Below, piece after piece: positions 38,900 through 50,143 of a stretch of DNA of 64,000 nucleotides. The DNA is from Euglena gracilis (lineage: Eukaryota), in NCBI GenBank assembly GCA_039621445.1, contig CP154954.1, positions 21,898,954 through 21,962,953 of the forward strand, written 5' to 3'. Made by a program: the position numbers and the translations under genes. Within the stretch, counting starts at the first letter, position 1. Each line of letters starts with the position of its first letter. The notes beneath the pieces were generated by a model. That model worked only from the letters and a program-made list of their open reading frames with translations. It had not been told where the DNA came from and ran no database searches.

Positions 38900-40306
38900 C
38901 CCTTTCCTTTGCCTTTGCCCCAGTCTTTTTGCCCCCAGTCTGACCAGTTGGTGACCAGGCTGTTCAGAAACTGCCATGGGAAACCTGCTGGCCTGGAGAA
39001 GGGGGTCTGGGTTTTTCAGGTGTTGGGGTTCGAGAGGTCCACGGAGTTGGGTCGGGATCTGGAAGGGGGTGTCCGCCTTCTGGATTTTGTTTTCTCCTCC
39101 TCCTTGACTTCCCTGACGTAACCCCAGCGGTCCATCCATCGTGCTCTGTTCTCACGAGGTTTGTTCTGCCAGCCGTTGTACCCCCTTCCCAGGGAGGCAG
39201 ACTGTTGTTGGCACCTGAGTTCGGTTTCTACCCTTAGGAACAGTTCGTCCGATGTGAGTTTGGCTTGCACCTGCGTGCACTGTGGTTTTTGTCTAGTCAG
39301 CAACGTTGAACCGTTTTTCATCAGGAGCAGTTCAGCATCTCTGCTGCTGTACAGTTGGATCCTGAAGTTTTGTCCGTCTCGTGCCACCTGAAAATTCTCA
39401 CCTGTAACCACGGTTGCTGCCACCAGGTCACGAACGTCTGCCATTTTTGCATCGGGTACGTTTGCAATGTTCGTGACCACTTTCAGTTTCAGTGTTGGTC
39501 TGTCGTGATTTGTGCGGTCCTGTTCCCTGATGCAGCTTCTGCGGTGCGTTTCAGGCATTTTTTCAGCCACCGGGTTCTAAGCGTCATCCTCTGATGGACT
39601 TTCCAGCCTGCTGTAGAGGAGCTTGAAATGGGCCTCAAACGACTTCCACGCTTCCAGTGTCTTTTTTCCTTCCTTTTTTTGGTCTCAGGTTTTTCAGTTC
39701 GTCTTTGATGGCTGATTGAGTGTCCCACCGTATTTCTGGGACATCCAGTTCCAAAATTCCTGGTATTTTATTTTTCACCGCCTTCCTGTCTGCGTTGTAG
39801 TTCCAGTTTGCTGGCACTGTCCAGGATGCCCTCCAGCGGTGACAGTTTCAGGTCATCGGTCAGGGACCCCTGATCGGCTGACACACGTTGCAGGTACATC
39901 GGAAATTTCACGGCAAAATCTGCGAAATTGCCCTGCAGTGTTGGTCTTACCCTTACCAGGTCTTTTGTCATTGCCGCGCCCACTGGACCCAGCAGCAGCC
40001 CGAAGGATGCTGCCGGGGCCGTTGCCACGGGAGACACCACTCTTTCCACTCCTATGTGGTGGATGGCAGTTTGGGTGGACCCATCTGGGGTCCCACCCAT
40101 GTTGTTGTGGCCGTATTCTGAGTTTCGGATTCGTCTGCCCACATGAACAAGCTCCGAGTCCGGGACTGTGAGTTTTGTTGTGTCGTCACTGGCTGTTGAG
40201 TCGGCTCGGGTGGCTGTGGTGCTGGGCTTGTCGGGTTTGTCGTAAGTGCTGGGCTGGTCGGGACTGCAGTCTGCCGTTGTTCCGTTTGTCGAGTCGGTTG
40301 GGCAAT
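38900..40306 (-). pseudogene. Element A gag, C-terminal part (including an RRM-like segment)
   Basis: ORFs 39768-40586 and 39016-39570; LQGNFADFAVKFPMYL...DDLKLSPLEGILD is similar to the gag core of element B. Confidence 0.7.
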
Positions 40307-40938
40307 AGTTTCCCGAACGATCTTGTTTTTGCCCAGCCTTCACTCCCGGGGGTCCGTGAGGGGGTACCGGCGGGGTGGGGGGTAGGCGCGATGGGCTCTG
40401 GGAAGAGGGGTAGGTTCGGGATATTCCCCTTCCCACGTAGGATTTTTTCCCGGGGAACGAAGGCCCTCCTTTTTCTGGAGTGGTTGGAGGGAGGAGTCCG
40501 GCTTGGCGTCCCTTCCGGCAGTGGGGGGGGTTTAGGAAAAGGCCTGGTTGCCCTCCCCTAGGCTTCTTGTACCCCAGAACCAACACCTTTTTTGCTTGTA
40601 CAGCTTCTCCTGCGCCAGCAGATAACCAATCTTTTGTAATCTTTTGCTGCTCCGCCCTTCAGATTTTGACTTTCTTGAACGTTTGCACTTTCTTGGTTCC
40701 AGCGCTTTTTCTTTGAATTCCCTTGAAAATTGATATATTTTGACCTTGGTCTTGATTCATCAGGCACAATCTTGAATTGAAACCATACGTAAAAAAGAGG
40801 GAGCCTGCAGTGAAAAACATCAGAACAGTTAGGGAGCGGTTTGCGCTATTTTGATGCTCAACTAGCGCAGTAGTTCGCTATATACAACAGCAGGCTGTAA
40901 TAGTGGCAACGGTAGCTGCAGCAGCCGGTCCGCCAACT
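40307..40938 (-). repeat. Element B 3' LTR
   Basis: Direct repeat of 54628-55260; AGTT...AACT termini. Confidence 0.95.
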
Positions 40939-40950
40939 GTCCCCTTCCTT
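40939..40950 (-). promoter_or_regulatory. Element B polypurine tract
   Basis: Minus-strand AAGGAAGGGGAC immediately before the 3' LTR. Confidence 0.8.
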
Positions 40951-41229
40951 GGCCTTGACTCCGGCTGCCGTGCCTGGCCGCTGCCTCTCTCGCCCCCCTG
41001 CCACAGGAGCCTGGCTGGGGCTCCCCGGTCCTTCGTTGCGCCGCTGCCTGGCGTGCCGGCTGCGGACGGGCTCCTGTTGTCCGGGTGGGGGTGGACGCCA
41101 GCCAATCCCTGGCCGTGCTCCGCAGGCGTTCGGTGGGCGTCGCTGCTGACGTCGTCCGGCCTTGCAGGCTGGCCTCAGGAATTGGCTGGCCTCTCCTTGG
41201 CTCTCCTTGGTGTGTGGTCTTGTCTGGGT

Positions 41230-43570
41230 TCGGTTGCCCCACCCCCTTTTGGGCTGGCGGTCCCCCTGGCCGCTTTCCCCTCCCCTTGGGGTCTGGGCGC
41301 CTCCCCCCCTGGGGCCCTTTTTTCAGCGCCCCCCCCACTGTGGTCTAGGCGGCCCCCTGAGCCTTTTTTTGGCGCTCCCCCCTGGGGTCTGGGCGCCCCC
41401 CCCCCCTTGGCCGCTTTTCGGCCCCCCCCCGGGGTCTGGGTGGCCCCCTGGGCCATTCTTCGGCGCCCCCCCTGGGGTGTTTTTGCCGGCCCCCCTGGGC
41501 CGTGCGTGCCCCCCCCGGGTGGTCTTGGGCGGCCCCCCTGGGCCGCTTTTCGGCGCCCCCCCCCCCTGGTCTGGGTGGCCCCCCTGGACCGTTCAACGAG
41601 CGCCCCCGCCCCTGGGGTCGCGGGCGCCCCCCCTTCCCGTGGCCGCTCTTGGGTCCGTCCCCCCGGGGTCGGTCTGGGCGGCCCCCTGACCGCTTTTTTG
41701 TTTCCGGCCCCCCTGGCCCGTGTGTGCCCCCCCCCCCGGGTGGTCGTGTGCGGCCCCGCTGGGCCGTTCTTCGGCGCCCCCCCCCCCTGGGGTCTGGGCG
41801 GCCCCGCTGGGCCTTTTTTTCGCCCCCCCCCCTGGGGTCTGGGCGGCGCCCCTGGGCCGCTTTTCGGCGCCCCCCCCCCCGCCCTTGGGGTCTGGGCGTC
41901 CCGCCTGGGCCGCTTTTTCGGCGCCCCCCCCCCACCCCCTGGGGTCCTGGGTGGCCCCCTGGGCCTTTTTTTCGGCGCCCCCCTCCTCCCTGTGGTTGCG
42001 GGCGGCCCAGCCTGGGCCGCTTTTCGGCGCCCCCCCCCCTTTGGGTCGCTGCCGCCCCCCCCCTGGGCCGCTCTTGTGTCCCCGTCCCCCGGGGTCTGGG
42101 CGGCCCCCCTGGGACGATTTTTTTTTCGGCGGCCCGCCCCTGGGGTCTGGGCGGCCCCCCTGGGCCGCTTTTCAGCCCCACCTGGGGTCTGGGCGGCCCC
42201 CGTGGGCCGCTTTTGGTCCCCCCCCCCCGGGGTCTGGGCGGCCCCCAGGGGCCGGTTTTCGGCGCCCCCCCCCCCCTGGGGTCCTGGGTGGCCCCCCTGG
42301 GCTTTTTTTCGGCGCCCCCCCCCACCCTGGGGTCTGGGCGGCCCCTCTGGGCCGCTTTTCGGCGCCCCCCCCCCCTTGGGTCGCGGGCGGCCCCCCCTGG
42401 GTCTCTCTTCGGTCCCCCCCCCCCGGGGTCTGGGCAGCCCGCAGGCCAACTTCTTCTTTTTTTTGCCGGCCTTCCTGGGCCGTCCGTGCCCCCCCTTCCC
42501 CGGGTGGTCTTGGGCGGCCTCCTGGGCCGTTCTTCGGCGCCCCCCCCCCTGTGGTCTGGGCGGCCCCCCTGGGGCCCTTTTTTCGGCGCCCCCCCCCCTG
42601 GGGTCTGGGCGGCCCCCCTGGGCCGCTTTTCGGCCCCCCTGGGGTCTGAGAGGCCCCCCTGGGACGCTTTTCGGCCCCCCCCCTCCCGGGGTCTTGGCGG
42701 CCCCCTGGGCCGGTTTTCGGCGCCCCCCCCCCCCTGGGCCTTTTTTTCGGCGCCCCCCCCCCCTGTGGTTGCGGGCGGCCCCCCTGGGCCGCTTTTCGGC
42801 GCCCCCCCCCTTTGGGTCGCGGGCGCCCCCCCCTGGGCCGCTCTTGTGTCCCCGCCCCCCGGGGTCTGGGCGGCCCCCCTGGGGCGTTTTTTTTTCGGCG
42901 GCCCCCCCCCTGGGGTCTGGGCGGCCCGGCCCCCCTGGGCCGCTTTTCGGCCCCCCCTGAGGGCTGGGCGCCCCCCCCGCGCCGCTTTTGGTCCCCCCCC
43001 CCGGGGTCTGGGCGGCCCCCCGGCGCGAGTTTTCGGCGCCCCCCCCCTGGGGTCCTGGCTGGCCCCCCTGGGCCTTTTTCTCGGCGCCCCCCCCCCTGGG
43101 GTCTGGGCGGCCCCCCTTGGCCGCTTTTCGGCGCCACCCGTTCTTTGGGTCGCGGGCGTCCCCCCTGGGTCGCTCTTGTGTCCCCCCCTCCCGGGGTCTG
43201 GGCGGCACGCTTGCCGCCTTCTTCTTTTTTTTCGCCGGCCCCCTGGGCCGTGCGTGCCCCCCCCCCCACCCGGGTCAGGGTGGCCCACCTGGGCCGTTCT
43301 TCGGCGCCCCCCCCCCCCCTGGGGTCGCGGGCGGCCCCCCTGGGCCGCTCTTGGGTCCCCCCCCCGGGGGTCGCTCTGGGCGGCCCCTGGCCGCTTTTTT
43401 TTTGCCGGCCCCCCTGGGCCGTGCGTGCCCCCCCCGGGTGGTCTTGGGCGGCCCCCCCTGGGCCGCTCTTGGGTGCCCCTGGTCCCGACCCTTTGGTATT
43501 CCTTGGGTCCCCTCTGGGCCCCCTTTTGTCCCCGGGGTCGGTTGGGTCCCCCCCCCCTTTGGGTCCCCTG
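41230..43570. repeat. GC-rich tandem array (unit about 39-40 bp) in the element B 3' UTR
   Basis: Unit approximately CCCTGGGGTCTGGGCGGCCCCCCTGGGCCGCTTTTCGGCGCCC, with recurring variant units. Confidence 0.95.
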
Positions 43571-44578
43571 GTCGTTTCGCCTCCTTCTTTGCTTGCCTCT
43601 CCCCGGGGCTTTCGACCCCGTGCTTCGTCGCTCTCCTCTCCTCTCCTCTCTGTCTCCTCTTTGGGCTCTCTCCGGTCCCCCTTCCCCTGGCTCGGCCTCG
43701 GCCGGGCTCACCGCGACTCAGCTTCGGTTGGGGAAGAGAAGGGAGGGGTGGCACACCAGTGTAAGAGGTTTGGGTTGGTGGGTGAGAAACCTCCACAGTA
43801 TCCATCAGGTCAGTAGGGGGTGAGCCAGCTGCCGCCGACGTCACAGCGTACCCTCACGACGACAGCACAGAATGATCATCTGCTCAGCTCCTGCGCGCGC
43901 GCTGCCAGCCGCCTGTCCTGAGCGTCGAAGGCGAGGGAAAAGAACAGAAAGATGAACGGGAACACGACCACCATGGAGAAAATCCCAGTTTGACGCCAGG
44001 CCTTTTCCATTTCCCCATGGGGTGTGGGTAGGGGGCAGGGGGTGGCCTCCTTGTTGGGAAGTCGCACTGTGGCCATGCAGGGGCACGCCTCTGGTGGTGG
44101 TGCCCCCTCGCCGCAGGGACGGGTCATGGGGGTGCACGGGAACGGGGCCCCTGGTGGAAGGAGGGGATCCCGAGCTGGGGCGTCCCTGCGGGTCGACACG
44201 CGGGGGCGGCGACATCTACCCGTGGGCGCAGGGGAGACTCGGGGACCGGGTCTCTGAGGTACGCCTGGTATGCGGGGTGGGTACGCATGGTACATGGGGA
44301 GTGATAGGGTGGTGGACGGTGGGGCAGGGGCAAGGGAAGCGCGGGAGAGCGCATCCCTCGCAGCGTACGGATCGTACGGAGGCGGGGCGCTCGCCGCTCG
44401 CGGGTTGCCGGTGGACCCTAACCGGGTACCTGGGGTGGGCCGCTTGTTGGGGACCCGCCGGGCTAGCGTCTCCTCTGTCTTCTTGGTCTCGATCTCCTTC
44501 ATCTGCTCCATCACCTTAATCATCGTCTCCATCAGAATCATAACCTTCTCGAGATACATCTCCGTAATCGGTATCCTG

Positions 44579-46150
44579 CTACACCCACTCCTCTGGAGGT
44601 TCTTCCCAGGACATCCCAAACTCCTTCTCCTTCTCCTTCTCGATCTCCACGGCGTGGCAGATGGCGATGTGGGCTTCCTCCGGGAACCCCGAGAGGTACT
44701 TCATGATGTCGTCCTTGATGTCGTGATCGACGAAGTACGACACGATCGGCGAGGCGTACCGGTGGAAGAAACGCCGCAGCGGCTCCCACGTCTTCTCCTC
44801 GTACCCCATCCACTTGACGAGGAACTCGAGGTCGCCGCTGGCATCGCGCCGGTGGGTGACCACCGCCTCCACCTCCCACTCGTCCAGCCAGGAACCCTCC
44901 TCCGGCCTGGATTGGCAGAAGAGGCGGAGATGCGGCCCGGAGATTGGAAGAGGCGAAGCTGTGGCCCCATGATGGCTGGATCGAGGCGGTAACTGTTGAT
45001 TTGGGATCGGTGGGCCACCTGCTTCCGGCCATCCTCCATCTGGAGCATGTACGTGTGCTCACTGGTGCGCTCTGCCACCACGCACGGCCCGATCCAGTAC
45101 ATCTCCAGCTTCTCGCCGGTGCGGGTGCGCGGGCGGAGGTACCAGACCTTGTCGTTGGTCTCCATCTCCAGCAGCTCTTTCCTCTGCTAGTTGACCGTCT
45201 CGGCCGTCTTGGCGTGCTCCTCGTTCAAGATCTTCGCGACACGATGATCGATGTCCTGCATGCGCTCGAAGAAGGCCACCGCGTCCTCGGCCCGCGTGGG
45301 CGGCTGGTACGGCACCCCGCCGTACCACCGCTCGAGGCCGAAGAGCACCTGGAAGGGGCTCAGGCCGCTGGGCCCAGTACTGTCGTGCATGGTCCGCAGG
45401 GCCCGCGGCAGCGCCTCCGCCCACGCCACGCCCTCGCCGCCTTCATCTTCCTCAGCCGCTTCTGGATATGCACGCCGAGGACCTCCGCACGGGCATTGCC
45501 TTCGTGGTGGTATGCTTGGGAGAAGGCATTGCGCACCCCCAGTCTTGCGCACATTGCCCTCCACCAGGCCCCCATGAAGTGGGGGCCCCGGTCCGACGTG
45601 ATGACGCTTGGCACGCCGAACTGCGCCAACTGCTCATACATCGCCCTCGCCACCGCCTCCGCCGTTAGCCCGCGGGTGTAGTGCACGGTCGCGATCGCCC
45701 ATCCGGAGTGCCGATCGATGCATGATGCGAACACATTCACCAGCATGCGGCCCTGCACCTCCACCTCCGGCATCTGGAACAGATCCACGCTTACCGAACA
45801 CATCACATGGGGCAGCACTGGCGTGGACGTGATGCGGAGCCAGAGGGGTTGGTGGAGGTGCTCTGACGCCTGGCAGAACTCGTGCACAGCCAGAATCTTG
45901 CCTGCCGGCTCGCGTGCTCGGGAGAGCACCGCAAACTGGAAGTTCCGGCTGGCCTCATCGAGGACTCGCTCACCACCGACGTGCCCCGACGCCCGAGGCT
46001 GCTCTCGGATTGCCTGCTCGGTCAGGGCATCCGGCACGCACCAGACGGAATCCTTCACCAGCTTGCCTGCCTCCTTTCGGTAGCCGGTGGGCCATGGCCG
46101 GCCGCGCTTGATGGCCTGCCACGGCCCTTTGAACGTTGGGCACTTCTCAT
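44579..46150 (-). pseudogene. Element B integrase plus chromodomain
   Basis: VSVDLF, IDRHSG, TSDRGPHF, ARAE, YWIGPCVV; chromodomain EAVVTHRRDASGDLEFLVKWMGYEEKTWEP. Confidence 0.92.
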
Positions 46151-46859
46151 ATGCCTCACTCCAGTCCATCGCCATCAGGTCCTGGTCCTCTTCTTGCGGG
46201 ACTGCGGCCTGGGTGGCTGCAGCTGGCGGCACGGCGGCTGCCACAGGCGGCACGGCGGCTGCCACAGGCGGTACGGCGGGAGGGCTTGGGTGCCCCCCCA
46301 CCTTGGGTGGGCCGGCCGACGGCACCGCTCCCTTGGCTGGCTTCTTCGAGACGGCGGCACCGGGCGGCTTGGCGGCCGCCTGGCTTCGGGTGGTCACGGC
46401 GTTTGCGGACGGTGGGATGCTGCGTGCACTGGCCGCGGGCGGAGATGATACTTGCTCGGCGGACGGGGATCGCATGGCGGGTGCTGCTGGTGCCGCTTCT
46501 GGCCGTACGGAAAACCGCACCGTGCGTGGTGTGGCGGGCTGCTGCTGCTGCTTGGGCTGTGAGGACAACGGTGCTGCAGTCGCAGCCGGCGAGTTTGGGT
46601 TCGGTGGGGGCGGCGGTCGGATTGCCGGTCGTCCGGCTGCCGGAATCCCGGCGTCGCCGCCTCGGCTGCCGGTGTCCCGGACGATGCCGCTGTGACTGCC
46701 GGTGTCCCGGCTGGCGACGATGGGGATGCCGCATTTGCGGTCGGGAGGAGGCACACCTTGTCCACCGGGTGCACTGCCTTCGGGCAGCTGCGCTCCGCGG
46801 CCTTCTCCTCTCGGATCTGCTGCTCCATCTCCTCGGCGTCCGCTGCCGTCCCGTGCCAG

Positions 46860-48005
46860 CAGAGTCTCGGTACTCCTGGCTGGCCGGGTACGCCCACCGC
46901 GACAGCGCGTCCCCCACCTCGTTTTTCTCCCCCGGCACGTAGACCACCTGCACCATGTGCTCGTTCAGCTTCGAGTGCCACCTTGCCCGCCGGCCTTGCG
47001 GTCCCGATCCCCGGGACACGTGCTCCTTGTACCAGCTCTCCAGGGACAGGTGGTCCGTCAGGACGAGGACCTTCTGCCCGGTGATGTAGCCGCCCCACTT
47101 GTCCAGCGCGCTCACCACCGCGTACGTCTCCTTGTCGCAGGTGTCCCACCGGAGCCGCTGCCCCTCCGTCAGCTTCCTGCTCATGAAGCCCACCGCCACC
47201 GTCGCCCCGTGCTTCAGGAGGTCCTCCACCGAGGGGATGCCCTCCACCTGGGGCAGCTGCTCCAGCACGGCGCCCCCCGCATAGTCGGAGGCGTCCGTGC
47301 GCAGCACGAACGGCTTGTTCATGTCCACGTGCCACAGCTCCAGGTCCGCCACCAGCGCTGCCTTCAGCTTCTCGAAGGCCTCCAGCTCGGCCGCGGACCA
47401 CCCGATGGGGTGCTTGCTGCCCGCCCGGGACAAATCCCGCGGCAGCTTCAGCTTCTCTTGCAGGGGGGCGGCCAGCTCCGAGTACATACGTACATACCCC
47501 GAATGATAATTGCAGATCCGAGAAAGGCGCGCAAACTCGTCACAGTGGCCGGGGGTTGCCACCGCTGCACCGCCGCCAGCTTGCCGCTCGCGGGCACGCG
47601 CTTGCCCTCCCCCAGCACGTGCCCCACGAACGCCGCCCTCTTGCGGAACAGCTGCGCCTTCTTCTTATCAGCCACCCACCGATCCGCCTCCAGCGTCCGC
47701 AGGGTCTCGCGCAGATCCCCCGCGTGCCGCCGGATCAGCTCCTCGTCGGTCCACCCCGGCAGCCGCCTCGTGCTCACCAGGATGTCATCGAAGTAGGGGT
47801 GGGTATGGGCGGAGACGTTGCGGCAGGTCGCGTCGATGTCCCTTTGGAGCAGCGCCGAACCGACGTTGATGCCCTGGGGCACCACGGTCCACTGCCAGAG
47901 GCCGCCTGGCAGGTGGATGTTGGTGATGGGTCGGCATTCCTCCGCCATGGCCACCTGGTGGAAGGCGTCCCGCAGGCCCACCGTCGACAAGATCTCGCAC
48001 TTCGC
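46860..48005 (-). pseudogene. Element B RT core and RNase H
   Basis: LRDAFHQV, VPQG, YFDDILV; LRTDASDYA, DKETYAVV, LTDHLSL, NEVGDALSR. Confidence 0.92.
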
Positions 48006-50081
48006 CTACTCGCTCACGATGTCGTCCGTCAGCGGTAGGGTGTAGGAGTCCATCTGCAGCATCTTGTTGGTCAAGCTGTAGTCGCACACCACCCTCCACT
48101 TGCCCGACTTCTTGCGGATCGGGAAGGCGGCCGCCCTCCACGGCCCCCGCCCCGCCTCCAGCTTGCCGTCCGCCAGGCACTCCCGCTCCATCTCCCTCAG
48201 AGCCTCCAGCCTCTCGCCATTGAGGTTGATGATCCGGCCCACCACCGGGGTTGCCCCCGGCTTCAGCCTCAGCACCGCGTTCCCATGGGTTCCCCCGCGC
48301 CGGGGGACACGGCCACACCCGCTCACGGAACACCCGGCCTTCGAACTCGTTGATGATCTCGTTCCGCAGCTGCCCGCCAAGGGATGGTCGACATCGTCTA
48401 CTGTCTCCACCACCCCTCGCACCGCCTTCGCTGCTTCTTCGGCCTCCTTCAGCATCATTGCCACTTCTTGGACTGCTGCTTCGTCCGTGGTCAGCTGCCA
48501 CATCTTCTTCACCGTGGAGACGTAGCCGTCCAGCTCGTCTTCGTCTGCATCGCCATCTTCCTCCTTCTTCTCTTTGTCTCCACACCGCCTCGGGATCCAC
48601 TTGGGGTCCGCGTGGAGCTGCAAGTTGTCGCGCCACGGCTGCACATCCAGCCGGTTCTCCCGGAGCCACGGATACCCCAGAATGAGGTCCGTGCTGACGC
48701 AGCCGTCATACGCCACCACCTTCATCGTCCACGTCCTCGGTCTCCGCTCCTCGTCGTCGGTCTGGGCCGCGAACGAAAGCTTCAGCTCTGCTTCTCGTTG
48801 TCCTCCGGGTAGCGCCTCTCCACTCACCGTGCGTAGCACCAAGGGTCTCGCCGCCGCGTGGAACACCGACTCCGGGAACAGGTCCTTCTTCACGAGGGAG
48901 GTCGCCCCCGTATCGATCAAGGCCTTCGCCTGGATCTTCATCCCGCCTGCCTCCACCTCCACGTCCATCAGCAGCTGGTAGCACCCTCCACGATGCTCCA
49001 TCCGACCGACCGTGATCGGCCGGTTCGGTAGGTGCTGCCACGGCTGCACCACCACCTTCCGCACCTTCTTCGCCTCCTCCGCCGCCGCCACTTCTTCCCG
49101 TGCCTCCTCCCCCAGGCACAGGTACCGCACCACCCCCTCCGGGATGCGGTAGGCCTCCTCCCTCGTGCACCTGCGCTCGCCGCCACTGCCTCCCAGCTGC
49201 AGCCGGTGTCGTCGCACGCCATCTGGTCCTTCCACCATACTGCCGCACTTTCCACCACAGATGACGTCGTCCAGCTCCTTCGCCATCGCGTCGCTGACCC
49301 AGAAGCGTGTCGGCTTGCGATACCCGTACTCCGCGAAGCGGCAGTAGTCCACACCCACATACCGCACTCCGCGCAGGACTCGTCGCCACCGCAGCAAGCC
49401 GAACCTCGGGTTTTCAATCCACCACCGCGTAGGCGCCAAGTACTCCACCAGCTCCCTCGTGGCCTTCACCACCGCGTCCGCCATGCGGAGCCTGTTCTTG
49501 CGGGTGGTGAGGGCTGTGGAGTACTCGGTACAGGGCGGGGACGCCGCGATGACGTCGAAGTGTCCGGGAGCGTATTGCTCCCAGTACCTCCACTTCATCA
49601 CGTCGGCCACGATGTCCGGCTTCCACTTCTCATCCCAGTCCACGCTGATCACCTTCAAGCCCATCTTCTCCAGCGCTCTTCTCACACTTCCCGTTCTGGA
49701 GAACAGGTCCAGCGCCCATCTTTCCTTCTCTTTCTTCGCCGCCTTCTCGGCCGGCTCTGTCTTCTCCTCCTCCGCCGGTGCTTGTCTTTCTTGTGGTGGT
49801 GTCTTGTGGAGACTTGGTGATGCCTTCGGTGATGATGTTGTCGGCGTTGTTGATGGCAATGACGGAGATCTTGGTAGATTCGATCTCGATACTGCCGTCG
49901 TTGCCGATGCCGTCGGCGTGGATGAGGACGATGATGTCTTCGTTGCCGGTGCCGTCCGCGTTGATAAGGACGATGATGTCACCTTCGCCTTCGGCACACT
50001 CGGTGATGTTGATGGGGACGATAGTGTCGGCTTCGCATTCGACACCTGCCGCAGGCAGGGTCTCTCCCCTTCCTTTGGCAA
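48006..50081 (-). CDS. Element B polyprotein segment: Ser/Thr linker, C5 DNA methyltransferase (about 49115-49720), protease and RT N-terminus in one ORF
   Basis: ALDLFSRTGS, SPPCTEYS, WWIENP, VDYCRF, YRKPTRFW, YRIPE; then ALIDTGA and AFPIRKKSGKWRVVCDYSLTN. Confidence 0.92.
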   Translation of the reverse strand: MPKEGERPCLRQVSNAKPTLSSPSTSPSVPKAKVTSSSLSTRTAPATKTSSSSSTPTASATTAVSRSNLPRSPSLPSTTPTTSSPKASPSLHKTPPQERQAPAEEEKTEPAEKAAKKEKERWALDLFSRTGSVRRALEKMGLKVISVDWDEKWKPDIVADVMKWRYWEQYAPGHFDVIAASPPCTEYSTALTTRKNRLRMADAVVKATRELVEYLAPTRWWIENPRFGLLRWRRVLRGVRYVGVDYCRFAEYGYRKPTRFWVSDAMAKELDDVICGGKCGSMVEGPDGVRRHRLQLGGSGGERRCTREEAYRIPEGVVRYLCLGEEAREEVAAAEEAKKVRKVVVQPWQHLPNRPITVGRMEHRGGCYQLLMDVEVEAGGMKIQAKALIDTGATSLVKKDLFPESVFHAAARPLVLRTVSGEALPGGQREAELKLSFAAQTDDEERRPRTWTMKVVAYDGCVSTDLILGYPWLRENRLDVQPWRDNLQLHADPKWIPRRCGDKEKKEEDGDADEDELDGYVSTVKKMWQLTTDEAAVQEVAMMLKEAEEAAKAVRGVVETVDDVDHPLAGSCGTRSSTSSKAGCSVSGCGRVPRRGGTHGNAVLRLKPGATPVVGRIINLNGERLEALREMERECLADGKLEAGRGPWRAAAFPIRKKSGKWRVVCDYSLTNKMLQMDSYTLPLTDDIVSE

Positions 50082-50143
50082 CTTCCTGCCTCTTCTCTTT
50101 CTTTGGACCAGCCGCCACCCTTCTTCTTCTCACTCCACCGCTC

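Noticed and set aside
41230-43570. CRISPR-like array
   Set aside because: There are no unique spacers and no cas genes; the units are degenerate tandem copies in a eukaryotic retroelement.
40903-43823. Long Pro/Gly/Arg-rich ORFs (685-788 aa) on both strands
   Set aside because: They arise from a stop-poor GC tandem array and are open in nearly all frames.
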